A stretch of DNA of 64,000 nucleotides from Alphaproteobacteria bacterium. Lineage in GTDB: Bacteria > Pseudomonadota > Alphaproteobacteria > CADEGL01. The notes below the pieces were generated by a model that saw nothing but the letters and a program-made list of their open reading frames with translations, ran no database searches and was not told where the DNA came from. Made by a program: the position numbers and the translations under genes. The DNA lies in the NCBI GenBank assembly GCA_963666705.2, contig CAXXKO010000025.1:160652-224651 (forward strand), read 5' to 3'. Shown here one piece after another: positions 38,926 to 47,655 of this stretch; positions within the stretch are counted from its first letter, which is position 1, and each line of letters starts with the position of its first letter.

Positions 38926-38942
38926 CATCCGCCACATCGGCT

Positions 38943-39644
38943 TCACACCGTCAAATAGGCCGCGCGCACGGCTTCGTCGGCTTCCAGCTCCGCCATGGTG
39001 CCGGTATAGCGGATGCGGCCTTTCTCGATGATCGACGCGCGGTCGGCCACCGCGCGGGCGAAATGCAGGTTCTGCTCCGAGAGCAGGATGGTCATGCCTT
39101 CGGCCTTCAATTCGCGGATGGTGCGCGCCATCCGCTGCACGATGACCGGCGCCAGTCCCTCCGACGGCTCGTCGAGGAGGATGACGCGTGGGTTGCCCAT
39201 GAGGGTGCGGGCGATGGTCAGCATCTGTTGTTCGCCGCCCGAGGTGTGCCCACCGGGCCGGTTCCGCATCTCGGCCAGGTTGGGGAACAGCGCGAACAGG
39301 CGCTCGGGCGTCCAATGGGGGGCGTCCGGGCGCGGCGGCTGGCGGCCGACCTCCAGGTTCTCCATGACCGTGAGGCCGGCGAAGACCCGCCTGTCCTCGG
39401 GCACGTAGCCGAGGCCCGCGCGGCAAATTTCGTGACTCGGCAAGCCGGAGAGCGAGCGGCCGTCGAAGGTGACCTCCCCCGCCGCCGGCCGGACGAGGCC
39501 GATGATGCTCTTGAGGGTGGTCGATTTCCCGGCCCCATTGCGGCCCAGGAGGGCGACGACCTCGCCGCGCGCGACCTCGATGCCGACACCATCGAGGATG
39601 CGGGCGCGACCGTAGAAGGTCTCGAGGCCGGCGACCCTAAGCAT
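38943..39644 (-). CDS. livF: Branched-chain amino acid-type ABC transporter ATP-binding protein (LivF-like)
   Basis: 233 aa. GRNGAGKSTT, SGGEQQMLTIAR, LLDEPSEGLAP. Confidence 0.85.
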   Translation of the reverse strand: MLRVAGLETFYGRARILDGVGIEVARGEVVALLGRNGAGKSTTLKSIIGLVRPAAGEVTFDGRSLSGLPSHEICRAGLGYVPEDRRVFAGLTVMENLEVGRQPPRPDAPHWTPERLFALFPNLAEMRNRPGGHTSGGEQQMLTIARTLMGNPRVILLDEPSEGLAPVIVQRMARTIRELKAEGMTILLSEQNLHFARAVADRASIIEKGRIRYTGTMAELEADEAVRAAYLTV

Positions 39645-40413
39645 GCGCGCCCTCCCCTTCCCCGGCCCCCATGGTGCCAGCGCCGAGGTAGGTCTCCTGG
39701 ACCCGCGCGTTGGCGCGCACCTGGGACGGTGTGCCCTCGGCGATCAGCGCGCCCCGGTCGAGCACGATGATGCGGTCGGCATGGGCGAAGACCACATCCA
39801 TATCGTGCTCCGTGAAGAGGACGCTGATGCCGCGTTCCCGCACGACCTCAGCGACGAGCGCCATCAGGGCCACCCGCTCCCTGGGCGCCATGCCGGCCGT
39901 CGGCTCGTCCATGAGCAGGAGCCGCGGGCGATGGGCGAGGGCCGCAGCCAGCTCGACGCGCTTCAAGTCGCCATAGGCGAGCACGCCGCAGGGCCTGCCC
40001 GCCTGGTCCGCGATCCCCACCTGATCGAGGATCGCAAGCGCCTCGTCGCGGTAAAGGCGCGCGGCCAGGGGCCATACGGCCCAGCTCCGCCAGCGGTGGG
40101 AGAGGAGCGCCATCTGCACGTTCTCGGCCACGGTCATGGAGCCGAATGTGGCCGTGATCTGGAAGGTGCGGCCCACGCCCAGGCGCCAGATGCGGCGCGG
40201 GGAGAGGCCCAGGATGTCCCGGCCCTCGAAGCGGATGCTGCCCGCGTCGGGAGCCAGCTGGCCGCCGAGGACGTTGAAGCAGGTGCTCTTGCCGGCACCG
40301 TTGGGGCCGATCATGGCCAGGAGCTCGCCCGCCGCGAGATCGAAGCCGACGCCGGCCAGGGCATCGTCGCCGCCGAACGCCTTCCTGAGCCCCTCGACCG
40401 CGAGCACGGTCAT
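39637..40413 (-). CDS. livG: Branched-chain amino acid-type ABC transporter ATP-binding protein (LivG-like)
   Basis: ATG at 40413. MTVLAVEGLRKAFGG...GPNGAGKST...LLMDEPTAGM. Confidence 0.85.
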   Translation of the reverse strand: MTVLAVEGLRKAFGGDDALAGVGFDLAAGELLAMIGPNGAGKSTCFNVLGGQLAPDAGSIRFEGRDILGLSPRRIWRLGVGRTFQITATFGSMTVAENVQMALLSHRWRSWAVWPLAARLYRDEALAILDQVGIADQAGRPCGVLAYGDLKRVELAAALAHRPRLLLMDEPTAGMAPRERVALMALVAEVVRERGISVLFTEHDMDVVFAHADRIIVLDRGALIAEGTPSQVRANARVQETYLGAGTMGAGEGEGAHA

Positions 40414-42251
40414 GACCTGGCCTCCCGCCTGTCGAAAAGGGCGCGCAGGGAACCCACGATGCCGAGGGGTGCGAGGACGCAGATGGCGATGATGACGGCG
40501 CCCAGGACGGCGCGCCAATATTCGAGCCGCGAGATCTGGTCGCTGAGCCCGACGAATGTGGCAGCACCGATGAGCGGACTGGTGAGGGTCTGTACGCCAC
40601 CCAAGAGCACCATGATGAGGGCGTCGATCGAGCGCGGGATGGCCATCTCGTCGGGGAAGACGCTGCCCTTGGAGAATGCGTAGAGGCCCCCGGCGATGCC
40701 GGCGAAGAGGCCGGCGACGGCGAAGCCCATCCACTGGTGGCGGCGCACGTCGAGGCCCATGGCCTCGGCCCGGGGCGGGCTGTCCCGCCCCGCCCGCAAT
40801 GCATAGCCGAAGGGGGCATGGAGCAGGCGCCAGAGAGCGAGCACGCTCCCCGTCACGACCGTCAGGGTCAGATAGTAGAAGGCCACCCGGCCGCTCGCCC
40901 ATTCCGGCGGCCAGATGCCGAGGAGCCCGTCATCGCCGCCGGTCACGTCGTACCACTGGAAGACGATCGACCAGGCGATCTGGGCGAAGGCGAGGCTCAA
41001 CATGGCGAGATAGACGCCCGAGAGGCGCACGCAGAACCAGCCGAAGAGGAGCGCGCCCAACCCGGCGAGGACGGGGGCGGTGAAGAGCGCCAGCTCCATG
41101 GGCGCGCCGAGCTGGGTGACGGCGAGCGCCGCCCCATAGGCCCCGAGGCCGAAATAGGCGGCATGGCCGAAGGACACCATGCCGCCATTGCCCATCATGA
41201 AGTGGAGGCTGGCGGCGAAGAGGCCGAGGATCAGGATCTCGACCAGGAGGACGAGCGCGAAGGGTCCCGCCACCAGGGGGGCGAGCACCAGGGCCAGAAG
41301 CACGGCAGCCGCACCCAGGTGGAAACGGTTGCCTGGGAGATTGAGGGGTGCGCCCGCCTCCTGGACGCCGCGCGACGCCGTATCCGGCCGGCCGAGGAGG
41401 CCCCAGGGCCGCACCACCAGGACCACGGCCATGACCAGGAACAGGAGGACGAGGGTGATCTGGGGGAAGATGAGGATGCCGAAAGCATTGAGCTCGGCGA
41501 TCAGCACCGCGGCCAGGAAGGCACCCGTGACGCTGCCCATGCCGCCCACCACGACGACGACGAAGGCCTCGGCGATGACGTTCAAGTCCATGAGCAGGCT
41601 GACCGGCTCGCGCGGGACCTGCACGGCGCCGCCGAGGCCGGCGAGGAAGGCGCCGAGGAAGAACACGCTGGTGAAGAGGAAACGCTGGTTGACGCCGAGC
41701 GCCCCGATCATCTCGCGGTCCTCGGTCGCGGCGCGGACAAGAGTGCCCCAGCGGGTGCGGTGGAACAGGAGCCACAGGGCGCCGAGCACCAGCGGCCCCA
41801 GGACGATGAGGACCAGGTCGTATTCCGGCAGGGCGGTGCCGAGGATATCGACGGCGCCGTCGAGACCCGGCGCGCGTGGCCCCAAGACCTCTTCCGGCCC
41901 CCAGATCAGGAGCGTTGCATCGCTCACCACCAGCACGACGCCGAAGGTGGCGACGAGCTGGAACAGCTCGGGCGCGCGGTAGATGGGGCGCAGCACCATG
42001 AGCTCCACGACGACGCCGATGACGCCCACGGCCACCGCCGCCACCAGGACGGCGCCCCAGAAACCGAGTACGCTCCCCGGCAGCAGGCGCACCAGGGTGA
42101 AGGCGAGATAGGCCCCCAGCATGTAGAACGAGCCGTGGGCGAAGTTCCCGATACGCGTGACGCCGAAGATGATCGAGAGGCCCGAGGCGATCAGGAACAG
42201 CGAAGCGGCACTCGCAAGCCCAGTCAGGAACTGGACGAGGTAGAAGCTCAT
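40410..42251 (-). CDS. Fused LivH/LivM-type ABC transporter permease
   Basis: ATG at 42251 (MSFYLVQFLTGLASAASLFLIASGLSIIFGV...). 613 aa, two permease modules in one polypeptide. Confidence 0.8.
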   Translation of the reverse strand: MSFYLVQFLTGLASAASLFLIASGLSIIFGVTRIGNFAHGSFYMLGAYLAFTLVRLLPGSVLGFWGAVLVAAVAVGVIGVVVELMVLRPIYRAPELFQLVATFGVVLVVSDATLLIWGPEEVLGPRAPGLDGAVDILGTALPEYDLVLIVLGPLVLGALWLLFHRTRWGTLVRAATEDREMIGALGVNQRFLFTSVFFLGAFLAGLGGAVQVPREPVSLLMDLNVIAEAFVVVVVGGMGSVTGAFLAAVLIAELNAFGILIFPQITLVLLFLVMAVVLVVRPWGLLGRPDTASRGVQEAGAPLNLPGNRFHLGAAAVLLALVLAPLVAGPFALVLLVEILILGLFAASLHFMMGNGGMVSFGHAAYFGLGAYGAALAVTQLGAPMELALFTAPVLAGLGALLFGWFCVRLSGVYLAMLSLAFAQIAWSIVFQWYDVTGGDDGLLGIWPPEWASGRVAFYYLTLTVVTGSVLALWRLLHAPFGYALRAGRDSPPRAEAMGLDVRRHQWMGFAVAGLFAGIAGGLYAFSKGSVFPDEMAIPRSIDALIMVLLGGVQTLTSPLIGAATFVGLSDQISRLEYWRAVLGAVIIAICVLAPLGIVGSLRALFDRREARS

Positions 42252-42283
42252 CGGTCCCGCCCTCCGGTCATGGGCCGAGCCCG

Positions 42284-42477
42284 CCTCACCCTTCGACAAG
42301 CTCAGGGTGAGGCACAGCGAGACCCGCAAATAGGTATGTTTACAACCGCGTGACGGCCCTCATGCTGAGCCTGTCGAAGTATGAGGGCAAGCACCGGCGT
42401 TGCGGGGTGAAGCATGGAAAAACTCATGCTCGAACGGACGAGGAGGCCCTCACGACCCGCCTGTCAAAGCATGAGGG
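42284..42477. repeat. Three REP-like hairpin repeats (same family as 28117-28173)
   Basis: CCTCACCCTTCGACAAGCTCAGGGTGAGG (42284-42312), CCCTCATGCTGAGCCTGTCGAAGTATGAGGG (42357-42387), and a degenerate CCCTCACGACCCGCCTGTCAAAGCATGAGGG (42447-42477). Confidence 0.75.
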
Positions 42478-42491
42478 CCGCCTTGCCGTCT

Positions 42492-43697
42492 TCAGTCCGC
42501 CGGCCGCATCTCACGCACGACGGCGTCGGGTGGCAGGTAGTTGGCGCCGTCGGCATAGAACCAATCGACCATCTTACCCTTGCCGTCCACGAGTGCCGTG
42601 TGTCCGACATAGGCGCCCATGGTGGACTGGTGGTCGATCGCCCTGAAGGTAATCGGGCCGAACGGCGAATCGAAGCTCACGCCCTCGGCGGCGGCGATCA
42701 TCTTGTCGGTGTCGGTGGAACCGGCCTCGATGAGGATGGCCTCGATGGCCTTGACGAGGTTGTAGCCGACGATACTGCCGAGTCGCGGCGATTCGTTGTA
42801 CTTCGCCTGATAGGCGGCAACGAATTCCTTGTGCGCGACCGTTTCGATCTGCGCCCAGGGGTAGCCCGTGACGATCCAGCCCACGGGCGCCTCGTCGCCG
42901 AGGGGATCAAGGTACTCGGGCTCACCGGTCAAAAGGCTCGCCACGTCGCGGTTCTCGAACAGGCCGCGCAGCTTGCCCTCGCGCACGAACTTGGCCAGGT
43001 CGCTGCCGAAAAGCACGTTGTAGATGGCATCGGGCTTGGCCGCCGCGAGGGCCTGGACGGTCGCCCCGGCATCGATCTTGAAGAGGGCCGGCCATTGCTC
43101 GTCCACGAACTCGACGTCGGGGCGCAGCGCGCGCAGGAGGTCCTTGAAGTCCGTGACCGCGTCCTGGCCATACTTGTAATTGGGCGCCACTGTGGCCCAG
43201 CGCTTGGCGGGCAGCTTCGCCGCCTCCTGGGCTAGCATGCCGGCCTGCATGTAGGTCGAGGGGCGCAGACGGAAGGTGTAGCGGTTGCCCTTGGACCAGA
43301 CGATGGCATCGCTCAAGGGCTCACCGGCGACGAACAGCACCCGGCGCTGCTTGGCGAGCTCGGTCACGGCGAGGCCGATGTTCGAGAAAAGGGTGCCGGC
43401 GATCAGGTCCACCTGGTCGTTGGACACCAGCTCCTCGGCGATCTTGACGGCGGTGCCGGGCTTGCCCTCGTCGTCGCGGCTGATGAACTCGAGCGGCCGG
43501 CCGAGCACGCCGCCCGCGGCGTTGATCTCCTCGAGCGCGAGCTGCCAGCCGTTGCGGTAGGGCAATGTGAAGGCCGGCAGCCGGCTGTAGCTGTTGACCT
43601 CGCCGACCTTGATGGACTCGGCGGCCCGGCCGAGGCCCGGCGCCGTCGCGGCGAGGGCGAAGGCCACCGCGGCCAGAAGGCTTCGTCTTGTGAACAT
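42492..43697 (-). CDS. Liv/Amide-type periplasmic substrate-binding protein
   Basis: ATG at 43697. MFTRRSLLAAVAFALAATAPGLGRA signal peptide, then a type-I PBP body (IKVGEVNSYSRL...). Confidence 0.8.
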   Translation of the reverse strand: MFTRRSLLAAVAFALAATAPGLGRAAESIKVGEVNSYSRLPAFTLPYRNGWQLALEEINAAGGVLGRPLEFISRDDEGKPGTAVKIAEELVSNDQVDLIAGTLFSNIGLAVTELAKQRRVLFVAGEPLSDAIVWSKGNRYTFRLRPSTYMQAGMLAQEAAKLPAKRWATVAPNYKYGQDAVTDFKDLLRALRPDVEFVDEQWPALFKIDAGATVQALAAAKPDAIYNVLFGSDLAKFVREGKLRGLFENRDVASLLTGEPEYLDPLGDEAPVGWIVTGYPWAQIETVAHKEFVAAYQAKYNESPRLGSIVGYNLVKAIEAILIEAGSTDTDKMIAAAEGVSFDSPFGPITFRAIDHQSTMGAYVGHTALVDGKGKMVDWFYADGANYLPPDAVVREMRPAD

Positions 43698-43744
43698 CTC
43701 CCGTCTCCCTTGTTGCAAACGTCCCGTTACATTTCGCAAAAATT

Positions 43745-44614
43745 TCAGGCCGCCCGTCCCTCGATCTTCGGCGGTTCCTTCTCCACAGCCACGCGGACCC
43801 GGCCCTGGAGCGCTAAATAGGCACCTTGGATCAAGCCGCAGGCCCGCATCCCCTCGGCCGCCCGGGCGCCCGCGGCGAGCGCCGCATCGACCGCCGACGG
43901 CGGCAGAAGCCCGACTCCGACGGTGACGAGTTGCCCGCCCAGGTCGGTATCGTCCCGGAGCGTGTCGGCCGGTCGGCGTTCGATGGCTGGAAAGTCCACA
44001 TCGACGGCGTTGGCGATCAGCGTCGCCGCCGCGTCGGCATCGGCCGCGCACCGTGCCAGCACCGTCACCGCGTCGGCAATGCCGAGCGAGAGGGAGCGGC
44101 CGCGCCAGCCCGAGGTGGTGAGCCCGCGCACGGGCATCCCGTGGGTGAGCGCCACCCGCACGTCGAGCGCCGGCGAATCCTGTTCCTCGACCACCGCTGC
44201 TGTAAGGCTCTGGCCCGGCGCCAGGTGGAAGGCGATATCGCCGCCGTTATTGACGTAGGCGCGCTCGAGGCCGCCGCCGGCCGCGAGCGCCGCCAGGACC
44301 TCGTCGGCGACGGCGCCCGCCACCGCCGCCATGGGGGTGATGAAGACTGTACGGTGGGGCCAGACCGCCGTGGCCATGCGCCGCGCCACCGAGCCGGCGA
44401 CGGGCGGCATCGCCGCCCCCACGGACCGGCGCAGGATATCCAGCTCCTCGACCAGCTCGGCGAGCAGGCCTTCGAAGCGCCGGGCGGCGCGGGCATAGGC
44501 GCGGTGAACCTCGCCTGGTGGCCCAAAAGCCTCGGCCACGATATCGATGGGCCCGTGGTGCAGATGCAGGCGGCGGCCGTCCGGCAACAGGGCCACTTGC
44601 GCGGTGCCGGTCAC
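43745..44614 (-). CDS. UPF0280/ApbE-like family protein
   Basis: GTG start overlapping the upstream stop (GTGA). VTGTAQVALLPDGRRLHLHHGPIDIV...ITPMAAVAGAVADEV...GIADAVTVLA. Confidence 0.6.
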   Translation of the reverse strand: MTGTAQVALLPDGRRLHLHHGPIDIVAEAFGPPGEVHRAYARAARRFEGLLAELVEELDILRRSVGAAMPPVAGSVARRMATAVWPHRTVFITPMAAVAGAVADEVLAALAAGGGLERAYVNNGGDIAFHLAPGQSLTAAVVEEQDSPALDVRVALTHGMPVRGLTTSGWRGRSLSLGIADAVTVLARCAADADAAATLIANAVDVDFPAIERRPADTLRDDTDLGGQLVTVGVGLLPPSAVDAALAAGARAAEGMRACGLIQGAYLALQGRVRVAVEKEPPKIEGRAA

Positions 44615-46068
44615 GACGGCCGCCCGCCGGCGGGGCCGATAGGCCAGGGGTTCGCGGGCGACCAGGGCAGGCGCTCGAGGCGCTCGCCGGCGAGCACGGA
44701 CTCGAGTGCGACGATGCTGCCCACATGGCCGCCGAGGGCGGCGAAATCCGCCCGCGCCATGGTGAACTCGATGGGCGCGACGAGGGCGGGCGTGGGCACG
44801 TAGCCGAAGGAGCTCTCCGGCATGCGCGTTACGTCCACCATGATGGTGATGCCGCCGCCCGGCCAGACATAGACGGGCGCGCCGCCGCAGGTGACGTGGG
44901 TCAGCGCCTCGCGGACCGAGCGGGTCAGCTTGACCGGGTTCTCGGTCACGCCCGCGCGCAGGGAGCCGCCGGCCCCGGCCATGAAGAGGACGCTCGAAAG
45001 TGCCGGCTCGCAGTTCTCGGCGATGCGCGCGACGACCTTCCCGATCGCCGCCGGCATCGCCGCCTCGCGCGGTATAAGCGCTTCGTCGAGCTCGTACCAG
45101 GCCGCGTCCTCGCCTGTGGTCGAAACCATCAGCAGGCGCATGCCGGGCCAGGCCTTCTTGGGGTCGATCTTCTCGATGATCTCGAGCGGGTCGGTGACGT
45201 CCGTGCCGCCCCAGCCCGCACCGGGCTCGGCGACCTGGAAGTAGCGGCCGGGCGTCGATCGCCGCCCGCGCACGCGCACGCCCGCGGGCCGCATGTCGAG
45301 GAAGCGGCCGGCCTGGTGCTCGGTCAGGACGCCCGTGATGTGGTCGTCGACCACGATAACCTCGTCCGTATGGCCATACCATTGCTTGGCGAACATGCCG
45401 ATGGTGGCGGAGCCGCAGCCGACCCGCATGCGCTCCTCACGCTCGTCATCGACGATGGGGGGGCTGCCCGCCTGGATCACCACCTTGGCGCCACCCTCCA
45501 CCCGGACTTCCACCGGCCCGCAGCCGCAGAGGTCGAGCATGGCCTGGCAGGTTATATTGCCCTCGCGCTTGGAGCCGCCGGTCAGGTGGCGCACGCCGCC
45601 CAGGGCCAGCATCTGGGAGCCGTACTCGGCCGTGGTGACGTGGCCGATCTGCTCGCCCTCGCACATGACGGCCGCCTGCTCGGGGCCGAGATAGCGGTCG
45701 GTGTCGATCTTCACCTTGAGGCCGCAGTAGCTGAAGATGCCCTCCGAGACCACGGTGACCATATCCACGCCCTCGGCCTCGCTGGCGACGATGAAGGGGG
45801 CGGGCTTGTAATCGGGATAGGTGGTGCCAGAGCCGATGCCGGTCACGAAGCTCTCGGCCGGCTTGACGACCTCGCCGTCCCAGCCCTCGCTGCCTTTGAG
45901 GAAGGGCACGACGCGCTCGGCGCGCTCCGCCACCACCAGGGGATCGACGCGCGTCAGTACCCCATCCGTGTTGGCATAGCGGTCGCAGGCACCGATCTTG
46001 CCCGGGCGGATGCGGCACAGGACCGGGCAGGCGTCGCAGCGGATGGCCTCGGCCTTGGGTTCAGTCAT
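44611..46068 (-). CDS. Fe-S protein of the family usually annotated 6-hydroxynicotinate reductase (Hnr-like)
   Basis: ATG at 46068, preceded by GGGAGG. MTEPKAEAIRCDACPVLCRIRPGKIGACDRYAN (Cys cluster). 485 aa. Family name from memory, not searched. Confidence 0.5.
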   Translation of the reverse strand: MTEPKAEAIRCDACPVLCRIRPGKIGACDRYANTDGVLTRVDPLVVAERAERVVPFLKGSEGWDGEVVKPAESFVTGIGSGTTYPDYKPAPFIVASEAEGVDMVTVVSEGIFSYCGLKVKIDTDRYLGPEQAAVMCEGEQIGHVTTAEYGSQMLALGGVRHLTGGSKREGNITCQAMLDLCGCGPVEVRVEGGAKVVIQAGSPPIVDDEREERMRVGCGSATIGMFAKQWYGHTDEVIVVDDHITGVLTEHQAGRFLDMRPAGVRVRGRRSTPGRYFQVAEPGAGWGGTDVTDPLEIIEKIDPKKAWPGMRLLMVSTTGEDAAWYELDEALIPREAAMPAAIGKVVARIAENCEPALSSVLFMAGAGGSLRAGVTENPVKLTRSVREALTHVTCGGAPVYVWPGGGITIMVDVTRMPESSFGYVPTPALVAPIEFTMARADFAALGGHVGSIVALESVLAGERLERLPWSPANPWPIGPAGGRPS

Positions 46069-46080
46069 CGCCAGCCTCCC

Positions 46081-46342
46081 AAGTACCCACAATCATGAGT
46101 CCGTGCCTCATACGACGGCGCCCCGAGGTTTCGGCTAGGAGCGCGGCGCGCCGTGATGCCGGGGCATCACTAGCGGCGCGCGACGACGACCGGGGGCCTC
46201 GGGGCGCCGCCCTGCGGGTCGCTTTTCCCGCCCCTCGGGGCGTCGGGGACGCTTGACGATGCCCCGGCATCGCCGGCGCCCCCCCTCCTGCCGAGGAGAC
46301 GGGAAAAGCGATCGTATGGGGCACGGACTCATGATTGTGGGT
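46081..46342. mobile_element. MITE-like palindromic element (~266 bp before the IS insertion; its last 4 bp now lie at 47665-47668)
   Basis: 27-bp terminal IR AAGTACCCACAATCATGAGTCCGTGCC (46081-46107). Its reverse complement is 46320-46342 plus ACTT after the IS. Imperfect internal two-fold symmetry (GATGCCGGGGCATC in both halves). No credible ORF. Confidence 0.55.
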
Positions 46343-47655
46343 CACTAGTGTCCGGTTAAAAATCGAATAAATTCAATTGGTTGGTTATTTGCGAAGCGTT
46401 GCATCTGTTTTCGTCTCCCGCAAGTGCTTGATGTATGGGCATTTTCTCGAAGAGGGTCACCGAGAGGATCTGTAACAAAGTGTAGAGCGAGGCGTCCAGG
46501 TCGAGGCGCTTCTTGACGATGGCGACGAGGACGTAGACCGAGACGGCAATCCAGATCTGCGTCTTCACCGCGTTCTCCGACGTGCCGTAGAACTGCTTGA
46601 TCCGAAGATGCTGCTTGATCCACTTGAAGAAGAGTTCCACCTGCCAGCGGCTTTTGTAGAGCGCGCAGATGGTGGCGGCCGGAAGCGAGAAGTTGTTGGT
46701 GATGAAGACCAGCGTCTTGCCGGACTCGGGGTCCTTGAAGCGGATGCGCCGCAGAAGTTCGGGGTAATCCTGACGGGTGTAGAAGCCGTCCAGGGAGATG
46801 GTCTGGTCGCAAATGATGCCGGTCGAGCGATCCGTCGGCGCCGAATAGACGCGATGAGCATCGATGTTCGACTTGGCACGCGTGACGAAGAAGGCCCCGG
46901 CTTGGTGCAACACATAAAGGCGGGCAAAGTCGACGTAGCCACGATCCACGACGTAGATGGCTCCGGCTTCCGGCAAGAGCATATCGAGGGCATGAACGTC
47001 GTGCAGCTTGCCATCCGAGATGTGGATAAAACTCGGAATGTTGCCCCGCAGGTCGAGCAGCGTGTGCATCTTCACCGCCGCCTTGGTGGTGCGGAAGTGC
47101 GCCCACGGAAAGACCGACAGGCACAGAGCGATGGTCGTCGAGTCCAGGGCGTAGACGGTATTGGTCAGGTCCAACCCCAGTTCTTCGTCGACGTACAGCG
47201 TCCTCGCCTGGGTGATGAGCCGCTGGGCCAACGCCGCATGGATACGCCAGTCGCGCCTTTCGTTGGCATCGGCCAGCGTCGAGCGCCGGACCGGCTGGCG
47301 GAAGCCCATGTGATAGAGTTTCGATGCGTGGACCGAGAGGCAGGTCTCGATGTCGCGCAGGCTTTCCCGGTAGGTCAGCTGGGCGAAGGCCATGGACCGG
47401 TATTGCTCGGCGCAGGAAAGCGTCCGGACCCGGTGATCGCCGCCATACCGGTCGACGATCCGCGTGAAAGTAGTCCATGGCAGGAAGTCCATGAGCTGAG
47501 CGAACAGGGTCTTGCCGGTGTTCATGAGCATCTCCTCGGAGAAACTCCGAAAAGTGCTCCATCCAATTCAAATCGACACCATGCATTTTCGCTTCAAACC
47601 CCGCAGAAATCCTGGCTCTCAAAGCCAGCACCGCTCAGTTAACCGGACAGCAGTG
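46343..47655 (-). mobile_element. IS4-family insertion sequence, copy 2
   Basis: Same sequence and ORF set as 8098-9410, offset 38245. Its own 9-bp TSD ATTGTGGGT at 46334-46342 and 47656-47664. Confidence 0.9.
46356..47531 (-). CDS. IS4-family DDE transposase (copy 2)
   Basis: 391-aa translation matching 8111..9286. Confidence 0.9.
   Translation of the reverse strand: MLMNTGKTLFAQLMDFLPWTTFTRIVDRYGGDHRVRTLSCAEQYRSMAFAQLTYRESLRDIETCLSVHASKLYHMGFRQPVRRSTLADANERRDWRIHAALAQRLITQARTLYVDEELGLDLTNTVYALDSTTIALCLSVFPWAHFRTTKAAVKMHTLLDLRGNIPSFIHISDGKLHDVHALDMLLPEAGAIYVVDRGYVDFARLYVLHQAGAFFVTRAKSNIDAHRVYSAPTDRSTGIICDQTISLDGFYTRQDYPELLRRIRFKDPESGKTLVFITNNFSLPAATICALYKSRWQVELFFKWIKQHLRIKQFYGTSENAVKTQIWIAVSVYVLVAIVKKRLDLDASLYTLLQILSVTLFEKMPIHQALAGDENRCNASQITNQLNLFDF

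Noticed and set aside
46061-46345. 94-aa and 65-aa ORFs inside the MITE-like element
   Set aside because: Arg/Pro/Gly-rich translations of a GC-rich palindrome. One starts inside the neighbouring gene's 5' region. No coding signal is evident.
8098-47655. Composite transposon bounded by the two matching IS4-family copies
   Set aside because: Each copy has its own intact, different 9-bp TSD (GCCCTGACG versus ATTGTGGGT), so they inserted independently. The interval holds essential syntenic housekeeping genes.
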